Below are positions 16,684-24,361 of a DNA stretch of 33,206 nt, in pieces. Position numbers and translations under genes: made by a program. The stretch lies in IMG/VR virus record IMGVR_UViG_3300030101_004641. One strand, written 5' to 3'. Each line of letters starts with the position of its first letter. Within the stretch, counting starts at the first letter, position 1. The notes under the pieces were generated by a model, which was not told the DNA's origin, searched no databases, and worked only from the letters and a program-made list of their open reading frames with translations. The DNA comes from an uncultured virus (IMG/VR IMGVR_UViG_3300030101_004641) (lineage: Duplodnaviria; Heunggongvirae; Uroviricota; Caudoviricetes).

Positions 16684-16914
16684 CTACGCTAGATAATTAC
16701 TTAAATCATTGTTATTATTTTTTCTCTCAGTCTCTATAAAATTCTTTAAAAAATTTAAAGTTTTATCTAACATGGCAACATTATCCATCCTAAGTTCCTC
16801 AGCAGCATCTCTTTTTCTTTTTTCAATCATATATTTTTCTTTCCCCTCATCGTAACTAACTCCGGGTCCAAAATCTAATAATTGCTTGTAAAAAATTCGT
16901 GAATCTGGATCCAT
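16684..16914 (-). CDS. hypothetical protein
   Basis: 76-aa ORF heading the minus-strand operon. Confidence 0.65.
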   Translation of the reverse strand: MDPDSRIFYKQLLDFGPGVSYDEGKEKYMIEKRKRDAAEELRMDNVAMLDKTLNFLKNFIETERKNNNNDLSNYLA

Positions 16915-16965
16915 GTTTCAAATATTTTTTTTAAATACTATTTATTTATTTTACTTTGTATACAT

Positions 16966-16996
16966 AAAAAAAGACCCTAGGCACCACCCTAGGGTC
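16966..16996 (-). terminator. intrinsic terminator downstream of psbA
   Basis: Perfect 9-bp stem GACCCTAGG/CCTAGGGTC, 6-nt loop, T7 on the minus strand. Confidence 0.85.
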
Positions 16997-17040
16997 GATT
17001 CACTTTACTTTGCACACACGCACATGGGAGAACCATGTAC
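16966..17040 (-). ncRNA. candidate ~75-nt sRNA or structured psbA 3' UTR
   Basis: Hairpin 17022-17038, single-stranded linker, terminator; TTGATG-N18-TATAAA just upstream. Confidence 0.35.
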
Positions 17041-17073
17041 CTTTTATACACTAGCGGTTATAAACCCATCAAG

Positions 17074-18165
17074 TCAACCTATTGCAGGAGCAGATAGAGC
17101 AACTGATGTAGATTCAGCACAAGCTAGATCAAGAGGGAAATTGTGAGCATTTCTCTCATGCATAACTTCAAAACCTAAGTTAGCTCTGTTAAGAACGTCT
17201 GCCCATGTAGGAACGATCTTACCGTTTGTGTCCACGATAGATTGGTTGAAGTTAAAACCATTTAAGTTAAACGCCATTGTGCAGATACCCATTGAAGTTA
17301 GCCATACGCAAACTACAGGGAATACTGCTAAGAAGAAGTGAAGACTTCTGCTGTTGTTAAATGAAGCGTATTGGAAGATTAAACGACCGAAGTAACCATG
17401 AGCTGCAACGATGTTGTATGTTTCTTCTTCCTGTCCGAACTTGTAGCCATAGTTTTGTGACTCAAGACCGGTTGTTTCTCTGATTAGAGATGAAGTTACA
17501 AGTGATCCATGCATAGCAGAGAATAATGCTCCACCGAACATTCCAGCTACACCAGCCATGTGGAATGGGTGCATAAGAATGTTGTGCTCAGCTTGGAATA
17601 CAAACATGAAGTTGAATGTACCAGAAATACCTAAAGGCATTCCGTCAGAGAAAGATCCCTGTCCAAATGGATAAACTAGAAAAACTGCGAAAGCTGCAGA
17701 TACTGGTGCAGAGTATGCAACACAGATCCAAGGACGCATTCCTAATCTGTAACTAAGTTCCCACTGTCGTCCCATGTAAGCTGAGATACCGATGAGGAAG
17801 TGAAAGATGACCAATTGATATGGTCCGCCATTGTATAGCCACTCGTCAACTGTGAGGGCTTCCCATATTGGGTAGAAGTGGAGTCCGATTGCGTTTGAGC
17901 TTGGAACGACTGCTCCTGAGATGATGTTGTTTCCATATAAGAAAGAACCAGCTACTGGTTCACGAATACCGTCTATGTCTACAGGAGGAGCTGCTATGAA
18001 CGCAATTATGAAGCATGTCGCTGCTGTAAGTAGGCAGGGGATCATTAAAACACCAAACCAACCAACATATAGTCTGTTGTCTGTTGATGTTACCCACTCA
18101 CAGAAGGACTGCCAACCGCCTAACAACTCGGAGTTTTTCCGACGCTGTAGAACTGATGATGCCAT
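17074..18165 (-). CDS. psbA: photosystem II reaction centre protein D1
   Basis: Unmistakable D1 sequence ([22 protein letters not shown] [38 protein letters not shown]); no intron. Confidence 0.99.
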   Translation of the reverse strand: MASSVLQRRKNSELLGGWQSFCEWVTSTDNRLYVGWFGVLMIPCLLTAATCFIIAFIAAPPVDIDGIREPVAGSFLYGNNIISGAVVPSSNAIGLHFYPIWEALTVDEWLYNGGPYQLVIFHFLIGISAYMGRQWELSYRLGMRPWICVAYSAPVSAAFAVFLVYPFGQGSFSDGMPLGISGTFNFMFVFQAEHNILMHPFHMAGVAGMFGGALFSAMHGSLVTSSLIRETTGLESQNYGYKFGQEEETYNIVAAHGYFGRLIFQYASFNNSRSLHFFLAVFPVVCVWLTSMGICTMAFNLNGFNFNQSIVDTNGKIVPTWADVLNRANLGFEVMHERNAHNFPLDLACAESTSVALSAPAIG

Positions 18166-18188
18166 AATAGTCCGTTGTAATGAATATT

Positions 18189-18223
18189 AAAAAAGCCATC
18201 TGCGATGACTTAACATAACTATA
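18189..18223 (-). promoter_or_regulatory. putative psbA -10 box and 5' hairpin
   Basis: TATAGT (18218-18223) followed by AAGTCATC-GCA-GATGGCTT stem and a T run. Confidence 0.45.
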
Positions 18224-18251
18224 CAATACAGATGTCTTGGATTCATGACAT

Positions 18252-18273
18252 AAAAAAGAGGGATAAAACCCTC
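18252..18273 (-). terminator. intrinsic terminator of the DUF4278-like gene
   Basis: GAGGG-TTTTAT-CCCTC followed by T6. Confidence 0.7.
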
Positions 18274-18296
18274 AATTTTTCAGTGATAATCACGAC

Positions 18297-18449
18297 TTAT
18301 ACAGATGTCTTCTCGTCTTTATTTCTGATTTCGTAATGATAAACAGAACCACGATAAACATGAGTATTTCTGCCTGGAACTCTGACTAATTTATCATTGT
18401 CTTTGTCCCTTTTTTGATAGGCAATACCACGATAAGTAAATTTTTTCAT
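18297..18449 (-). CDS. DUF4278-like small protein (50 aa)
   Basis: MKKFTYRGIAY...VYRGSVY..., two YRG..Y repeats; has its own promoter and terminator. Confidence 0.75.
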   Translation of the reverse strand: MKKFTYRGIAYQKRDKDNDKLVRVPGRNTHVYRGSVYHYEIRNKDEKTSV

Positions 18450-18473
18450 AGGTCATACCTTGAAGACACTATT

Positions 18474-18501
18474 ACTATAACATTTTTGTATCAATTGCTA
18501 C
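18474..18501 (-). promoter_or_regulatory. NtcA box next to an extended -10 promoter
   Basis: GTA-GCAATTGA-TAC (18488-18501), 8 bp upstream of the -10 hexamer TATAGT (18474-18479), which is preceded by TGn. Confidence 0.7.
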
Positions 18502-18554
18502 CGTTTATGAAGATACATTAAATATTAAGAAAACATTAAAATATCTTATATGTC

Positions 18555-18593
18555 AAAAAGAATCCCCTCTCTGTTGTTCAGGCAGAAAGGGGA
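18555..18593 (-). terminator. intrinsic terminator closing the candidate ncRNA
   Basis: 11-bp stem 18563-18573/18583-18593 (G-U only on minus), then TTCTTTTT. Confidence 0.7.
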
Positions 18594-18866
18594 AACCAAT
18601 TTTAATTACAAACTAAATTTAGAACCTAGACGTACTAAATTTAATCGCCTGAGTTAACTACTCTCAGTATCACAATTACTAGGAGGTAGCTGTGAATAAA
18701 TACATATTGGCAAGAAAAGTCTAAAAGTAAGACTTTAGTTAACAATATGTAATAAAGAGGAGTCGCACCACCTCTGTTCCTTGGCAATGCGATCGTTTAC
18801 TGGATGTAAGAAACAGTAAAAATTACATCCTCCTCTGGGGCTACCACTGTTCTTCTTCGCCCCTGT
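18555..18866 (-). ncRNA. candidate multi-domain structured RNA (~310 nt, or two RNAs)
   Basis: About ten helices in an ORF-free interval ending in a terminator. Confidence 0.55.
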
Positions 18867-18903
18867 CCTATAATAATATTAATAATTAAATTTACCACCC
18901 CAA

Positions 18904-19134
18904 GTGACAACTGTTTTTAAACCAAAATTGATTGGTAGTGTTGCCGTTGATTCTGGTATTATTTCAGTTATTGATCCTGTTCACATAAAAGTAGATAATG
19001 GTGGCTCAATTAGATTACCTAGTTATAATTTGTATACATCTATAAACACGGAAATTGGCGATGGCGAATACAACATCTACGAATGCAGAGATGACAAAGG
19101 AGGACTTCGAAAAATCATTATTGATATCAACTAA
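18904..19134 (+). CDS. DUF4241-like hypothetical protein
   Basis: IG.V.VDSG.I...DP ... IGDGEY.IY motif; GTG start. Confidence 0.65.
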   Translation: MTTVFKPKLIGSVAVDSGIISVIDPVHIKVDNGGSIRLPSYNLYTSINTEIGDGEYNIYECRDDKGGLRKIIIDIN

Positions 19135-19144
19135 AACAGCTGGG

Positions 19145-19393
19145 ATGGATCCTAGAGAAAATTATCGTCAGTGGTTAAGAAACACATTGCATGCTGTTCT
19201 AGATGATGCGGTTAAAGGAGATGAAAGTGCTAAAAACTTTGTAAGAACTGCAATTAGTAGTTTATGTTTATGGTCAAAAGAAGAAGATATAAAAATTAAT
19301 TTTGATGCTTGGATTTGGCCTTATATTGATCTTTTGGAAGAAGTGAAAAAGAATCAGAGTATCGACACTGCTCCGTGTTCAATAGAGGATTAG
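19145..19393 (+). CDS. hypothetical protein
   Basis: Track ORF 19055..19393; likely start ATG 19145. Confidence 0.65.
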   Translation: MDPRENYRQWLRNTLHAVLDDAVKGDESAKNFVRTAISSLCLWSKEEDIKINFDAWIWPYIDLLEEVKKNQSIDTAPCSIED

Positions 19394-19865
19394 CTGGAGT
19401 TTTACCTAGAACTTCATAGTTTTTCCACACAGGATCATTGGCATGTGGTGGTCTATGCCAAAAAAATATTTTTTTATCATAATCAATAGTCCATTCAGGA
19501 TGATACCTATGCCATCTACTCCAAGCTTTAAATTGTTTCTCTGGATCACCAGATGTGCAGTCTAGGAATATACAATCTCCAGGTTGTATAATCCATCTGA
19601 GTTTCAACACTTCTTCGAAACCTTTCTTAATAGTTTTTAAACCAGATTTCCCTATCATTTTATTTTTTATTGATCTACATCTTTTATTTTTTCTCTTCCA
19701 ATACCAGTCATTTAACTGACGATTTGACTGACCAACGGCAAATCCAACATTCCACACCCAAAATCCTTTTTTAAATTCTGACAATGGTTCAAAAAATATT
19801 TTACATCTTTGACCCTCGACAAAAAATGTAGAGGTAGTAAACTTTCTCCGAATAGACTTTTTCAT
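19296..19865 (-). CDS. hypothetical Trp/Lys-rich protein
   Basis: 189-aa ORF in AT-rich DNA. Confidence 0.7.
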   Translation of the reverse strand: MKKSIRRKFTTSTFFVEGQRCKIFFEPLSEFKKGFWVWNVGFAVGQSNRQLNDWYWKRKNKRCRSIKNKMIGKSGLKTIKKGFEEVLKLRWIIQPGDCIFLDCTSGDPEKQFKAWSRWHRYHPEWTIDYDKKIFFWHRPPHANDPVWKNYEVLGKTPANPLLNTEQCRYSDSFSLLPKDQYKAKSKHQN

Positions 19866-19866
19866 A

Positions 19867-20151
19867 ATGGAAGAATTATTAAAGATGATTCAACAAGATC
19901 CTGAGCTATGGAACATTGTTGAACAATTAAAACATCAAGAACAAGAGCCAGAAGAATTTTTTGAAAGTGTTGCAAACATGTTTGCTGTTGAATTCGAAGA
20001 ATTACATAAAACAGATTTGAAAGATAAACTTTCTGCTCTTTTCGGTGGACTACCAAAAAAAACATACATCATGGTTCCTGCTCTTCTTCATGTAGCACTT
20101 GATATGTTTCTATTAAAGTCAACAATTAATGAAGAGTCAATAAGGGATTAA
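19867..20151 (+). CDS. hypothetical protein
   Basis: 94 aa, upstream of the polymerase. Confidence 0.7.
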   Translation: MEELLKMIQQDPELWNIVEQLKHQEQEPEEFFESVANMFAVEFEELHKTDLKDKLSALFGGLPKKTYIMVPALLHVALDMFLLKSTINEESIRD

Positions 20152-20153
20152 TT

Positions 20154-20381
20154 ATGCAATTTGGATATGTTTTATGTGATCCTAAACGATCAAAAGTTCT
20201 TGTACTTACGAAACAAAACCAAGTAGAATTTATTACAACCAAAAACAAAGATAATATTAATAAAGCTTTTTGTTTAAGAGACATGTCTTCAATAAAATCT
20301 TTATATTATGCACTAAAAGAAAAGAAATTAGTTGACAACCTTGATATAGTGAATATCCAGGAACTTTATAGAAAAACGTAA
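20154..20381 (+). CDS. hypothetical protein
   Basis: 75 aa; TAATG coupling to the polymerase. Confidence 0.7.
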   Translation: MQFGYVLCDPKRSKVLVLTKQNQVEFITTKNKDNINKAFCLRDMSSIKSLYYALKEKKLVDNLDIVNIQELYRKT

Positions 20382-22216
20382 TGTTAAGGTTCGTATTTGA
20401 CTGTGAGACTAATGGTCTTCTCCATGAATTAGATACTGTGCATTCCTTAGTTTTAAGAGATATAGATTCTGGTGATGTCACAAGTTGTTCAGATCATGAT
20501 GGATACGAGCCTGTAGAAAATGGTCTTTATATGCTTTCACAAGCGGATTTACTTGTAGGACATAATATTATAAATTTTGATTTTAGAGCTTTAAAAAAAG
20601 TTTATAAATATTTTAAATTAAAAAAAGATTGCAAAATAAATGATACGTTAATTGTTAGCAGAGTTCTTTCACCTGAAATGGAACCTGTTGATGAATCAAA
20701 GTTTTCACATATACCTTCTAAATATAAAGGAAAACACTCATTAGCTGCTTGGGGTGAGAGATTAAACGTGAAAAAAATAAATTTTGAAGGGGCTGATAAA
20801 TACGAAGAAAGATGGGATATATGGTCAGAAGAAATGCAAAAGTATTGTGAGGGAGATACATTAGTTTCTTTAGAACTTTTTAATTATTTCCAAACTCAAT
20901 TTTTAGATCCAAGATGTTCATGTTTAGAACATGATTTTGCCAGAATAATGGCAAGACAAGAGTCATTTGGTTTTCCTTTCGATGAAAAGAAAGCTTTTGC
21001 ATTAGTCAATAATTTAAAAACAAGAAGAAGAGAGATAGATGACGAATTACAATCTGTATTCCCTCCAATATCAGAAGAAAGATTTTCTGAAAAAACAGGT
21101 AAAAAATTAAAAACAAAAGTCACACAATTCAATCCAGCATCTAGAAAACAAACTTATGAAAGATTAAAAGCTAAATATCCTGAAATAAGATTTGCTCATA
21201 CTCAAAAGGGTAACGTCAAATTAGATGATGATGTATTAGACAAGTTAGGTAAAAAATATCCTGAAGCTAAATTATTATCTGAATATCAAATGTTAAATAA
21301 AAGATTAGGTCAAATATCGGAAGGCAAGGAGGCTTGGCTAAAGCATAGTCAAAAATATGGTGATGGACGTATTCATGGATCAGTTATTACAAATGCTTGC
21401 GTGTCTGGAAGAGCATCTCATCGGGGTCCAAATGTAGCCCAAATTCCGAGAGTGGGTCAACCATATGGTGCAGAGTGTAGATCTTTATTTTATGCCCCTC
21501 ATGGATGGAGACAAGTTGGGTGTGATGCATCTGGTCTTGAGTTAAGAGGACTTGGTGCTCAACTTGCTTATTTTGATGATGGAGAATATGCAAAATTAGT
21601 TAGTATGCCAGGTTTCGATATTCATACTCATAATGCCAAATTGTTTGGAATATATGATGGTCAAGGAAAAATAGAAAAACGGATAAGAGAACAAGCAAAA
21701 ACACTAATTTACGCAGTTCTGTATGGGGCTGGGGCACAAAAATTAGGTACTATTCTTAATCCAAGTTTAGGACAACATGATCAACAAGATTTAGGAAGAG
21801 AAACAATTGACACGTTTTATAAAAATTTACCAGCGATTAAAAAATTAAAAGATAAAGTTGATGAACGAGTAACAAAAAGAGGTTACTTAATTGGTATAGA
21901 TGGTAGGCATTTACAAATTAGATCAAGACATTCAGCTTTAAATCAATTGTTACAGTCAACTGGAAGTCTATGTGTAAAAAAAGCAACGTGTATTCTCTAT
22001 GAGGATTGTAAGAATAATCATTTAAGATGGGGAATCCATTATGCATTCGTGGCACATATCCATGATGAGATACAAGCCTTAGTAAAACCTCAACATGTTA
22101 GCCTCTACAGTAAACTCGCAGTGGATTGTTTTCGAAAATCAGGAGAGTATTTTAAATTACGATGCCCTTTGACAGGGGAAGTAAATGAAGGAAAAAACTG
22201 GATGGAGACACATTAA
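20381..22216 (+). CDS. polA: family A DNA polymerase, T7-like, with 3'-5' exonuclease
   Basis: ExoI FDCETNGL, ExoII GHNIINFD, ExoIII YCEGD; motif A DASGLELR, motif B REQAKTLIYAVLYG, motif C HIHDEIQ. Confidence 0.95.
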   Translation: MLRFVFDCETNGLLHELDTVHSLVLRDIDSGDVTSCSDHDGYEPVENGLYMLSQADLLVGHNIINFDFRALKKVYKYFKLKKDCKINDTLIVSRVLSPEMEPVDESKFSHIPSKYKGKHSLAAWGERLNVKKINFEGADKYEERWDIWSEEMQKYCEGDTLVSLELFNYFQTQFLDPRCSCLEHDFARIMARQESFGFPFDEKKAFALVNNLKTRRREIDDELQSVFPPISEERFSEKTGKKLKTKVTQFNPASRKQTYERLKAKYPEIRFAHTQKGNVKLDDDVLDKLGKKYPEAKLLSEYQMLNKRLGQISEGKEAWLKHSQKYGDGRIHGSVITNACVSGRASHRGPNVAQIPRVGQPYGAECRSLFYAPHGWRQVGCDASGLELRGLGAQLAYFDDGEYAKLVSMPGFDIHTHNAKLFGIYDGQGKIEKRIREQAKTLIYAVLYGAGAQKLGTILNPSLGQHDQQDLGRETIDTFYKNLPAIKKLKDKVDERVTKRGYLIGIDGRHLQIRSRHSALNQLLQSTGSLCVKKATCILYEDCKNNHLRWGIHYAFVAHIHDEIQALVKPQHVSLYSKLAVDCFRKSGEYFKLRCPLTGEVNEGKNWMETH

Positions 22217-22347
22217 TTATCGTCACTTTTGACAACTCCATTTTTCAGGACTTCAACACATCGAATTACACATTCACTACCACTATCCTGTGTTGAACAG
22301 GATGATATACATTCGAAATATAAATCAATAGGATCTTTTGTTTGCAT
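22213..22347 (-). CDS. small twin-CX3C protein (44 aa)
   Basis: MQTKDPIDLYFECISSCSTQDSGSECVIRCVEVLK... Confidence 0.65.
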   Translation of the reverse strand: MQTKDPIDLYFECISSCSTQDSGSECVIRCVEVLKNGVVKSDDN

Positions 22348-22414
22348 ATCAACACTTTACACCCATGCATATTAAAAATACATTGAGTACAATTTCTTAA
22401 AACACAAATTTATT

Positions 22415-22780
22415 ATGTTTAACAAACTTTTATTGGCAGGTGCAGCTTGCTGTAGTCTGTCAGCTCCTGCTTTCGCAGGCTTCTATTTAAATGGTGAATT
22501 CAACCAGACAAATGTTGGAAGTGAGTGGAATGGTAATGGCATTGACCTTCATGTCGGTTACGAAGATTCAGTGGGAGAAAAGGGTTCTTACTACTTACAA
22601 GGTGGACCTTACATAGATAACGCTAAAGATGCTGACTCTGAAACAAGATTTTCAGCTAAAGTTGGCGGTGGATATGACTTCAGACCTAATACAAATCTAT
22701 ATGGTGAGCTATCTGTAGTTACAAATGATACAACAGACAACACATGGGGTACAAAACTAGGGGTCAAATATAATTTCTAA
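22415..22780 (+). CDS. small outer-membrane beta-barrel-like protein (picocyanobacterial/cyanophage type)
   Basis: Signal peptide ending APAFA, alternating beta strands, terminal GTKLGVKYNF. Confidence 0.8.
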   Translation: MFNKLLLAGAACCSLSAPAFAGFYLNGEFNQTNVGSEWNGNGIDLHVGYEDSVGEKGSYYLQGGPYIDNAKDADSETRFSAKVGGGYDFRPNTNLYGELSVVTNDTTDNTWGTKLGVKYNF

Positions 22781-22798
22781 ATAACACCTTATTTCTCA

Positions 22799-22830
22799 TA
22801 GGTCAGTACTTTTTGTGCTGACCTTATTTA
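22799..22830 (+). terminator. hairpin/terminator
   Basis: AGGTCAGTAC-TTTTT-GTGCTGACCT then TATTT. Confidence 0.65.
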
Positions 22831-22843
22831 CATATAAAAGTCT

Positions 22844-23059
22844 ATGTCCAACCAAGAAATACAAGAATTGATTGATCAATCTATTGCTATTGCAATAAAC
22901 AGGCATAATCGCAACGCTTCAATGATTAGTGCCACATTAGGATTTATATTTATGGGAGCTTTCGCAGATGGTTTATTTAGAGTTTTAGGAGTAATCCCAC
23001 CATTTATGGATATAGATGTCAGTATTATTACTCAGCTTTCAGAAAAACTTAGTATTTAA
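22844..23059 (+). CDS. cyanophage-type small membrane protein
   Basis: ID..I..HNRNAS.IS..LG...A.ADG...LG.IPPF. Confidence 0.75.
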   Translation: MSNQEIQELIDQSIAIAINRHNRNASMISATLGFIFMGAFADGLFRVLGVIPPFMDIDVSIITQLSEKLSI

Positions 23060-23379
23060 ACTCCTTTATAAAAATTTTGAACTTTTATTTTATCTTCTGT
23101 AGTGTAAGGACCAAATCCTTTTTTGCCATACTGACGCATAATTGATTGATACACATCGTCAGGTAAACCTGCAGGATTATAAGGATTAGGAAATCCTCCT
23201 GCTAATTGTTGATCTCCTTGATTACTTAGAAAATTATCAACTCTCTCTGTAGTACTCATTTTATTAAGCATGTCTTTAAATTTATCTTCATCGCCACCTT
23301 CTTTAATTTTTTTTAAAAAGTCTTGAATATCTCTAGATTTATCATTTGTTGAGTTCATCATAATACTTAACAGAAACAA
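23056..23379 (-). CDS. hypothetical protein
   Basis: 107-aa track ORF; true start probably the ATGATG near 23361. Confidence 0.65.
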   Translation of the reverse strand: MFLLSIMMNSTNDKSRDIQDFLKKIKEGGDEDKFKDMLNKMSTTERVDNFLSNQGDQQLAGGFPNPYNPAGLPDDVYQSIMRQYGKKGFGPYTTEDKIKVQNFYKGV

Positions 23380-23436
23380 ATACTCTCTTGTAATCCTAAG
23401 ATATGTGAGTATTATAAATTCACCGCAATTAAGCCT

Positions 23437-23601
23437 ATGAAAACTAAATTAAAAAAACAGAGTAAATTAGAAGACATGACAGATGATGAACTTCTAAAAT
23501 TACAAGATGGGTTTCTACAACTACGATCACATGCTACTCGTGGATTAGAAAACATTGCAAAAATTCAACAAAGTCGTTTAGAAAAAAGGTTTCATTCATG
23601 A
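23437..23601 (+). CDS. small hypothetical protein (54 aa)
   Basis: MKTKLKKQSKLEDMTDDELL...; ATGA overlap with the SSB gene. Confidence 0.65.
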   Translation: MKTKLKKQSKLEDMTDDELLKLQDGFLQLRSHATRGLENIAKIQQSRLEKRFHS

Positions 23602-24302
23602 ATAACATCACAATTTGTGCAAAATACAAAGGTGACACAAAAACTGAACGTGGTTTAAGAACCATGTTATTTGAAATACCTTCTCCTGCTAGTAAAAAAC
23701 CAATAGCAATCCCTATTTATTTAATTCCAAGTTTTGCAGCCCAAGATACTTGTGCCGCTGGTAGATACGCAGAAGGCACTCATATAATAATTAACGGACG
23801 ATTATATCCTCATCCAGAAGACGGAAAGATGTATGTAGTCCCCACTCAACCCCTAGAGAGCCTAAAAATGCCTGTAAATTTAAATCAAGTAAATTTAGGT
23901 GGATCAATAGGTTATATTGGTGAGCAAAGGCGTGAAGATGCATTTAACTTTGGAATTATGGTGCAAGCACCTCCACAAAAAAGCATAGGTCACACTTGGC
24001 AAGATAGCCTTGGTTTTAAAGTTGAGAGCTGGGGTGATGATGCTGAAAGAATGAAAAAGTTTTTATTCGTAGGTAGAGCAATTTCACTCGGTGGTACCTT
24101 AAAATTTGAAAGTTGGATTGATCGAGATGGTAATCAACGGCAGAACTACAAAATTAGAGTGCGTTCAATGCAATATTCATTCTTTGGTAAAAATCAAAAA
24201 ACACAGGAATCCGAAAGAGAGATATTAAATACTGTTAAAGAGATTGTTAAGGAAAATAAAGATAAGACACATGAACCACTAGCCGATGATGTTCCCTTTT
24301 GA
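23598..24302 (+). CDS. ssb: single-stranded DNA-binding protein (probably tandem OB folds)
   Basis: F.VESWG..AE....L..G..I...G.L..ESW.DRDG..R and acidic DDVPF tail. Confidence 0.8.
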   Translation: MNNITICAKYKGDTKTERGLRTMLFEIPSPASKKPIAIPIYLIPSFAAQDTCAAGRYAEGTHIIINGRLYPHPEDGKMYVVPTQPLESLKMPVNLNQVNLGGSIGYIGEQRREDAFNFGIMVQAPPQKSIGHTWQDSLGFKVESWGDDAERMKKFLFVGRAISLGGTLKFESWIDRDGNQRQNYKIRVRSMQYSFFGKNQKTQESEREILNTVKEIVKENKDKTHEPLADDVPF

Positions 24303-24361
24303 TAGTCTAGATAAGTCGGTTAGTCCGACTATTTAAAAACTTTGAAATTATTCGACCAATT

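Noticed and set aside
16913..18190. ORFs 16913, 17742 and 17921 overlapping psbA; intron or homing endonuclease in psbA
   Set aside because: Shadow frames; D1 is continuous and full length
18756..18866. tRNA or HDV-like ribozyme call
   Set aside because: T-loop-like and CCTCCTC motifs are present, but I could not build a cloverleaf or a nested double pseudoknot
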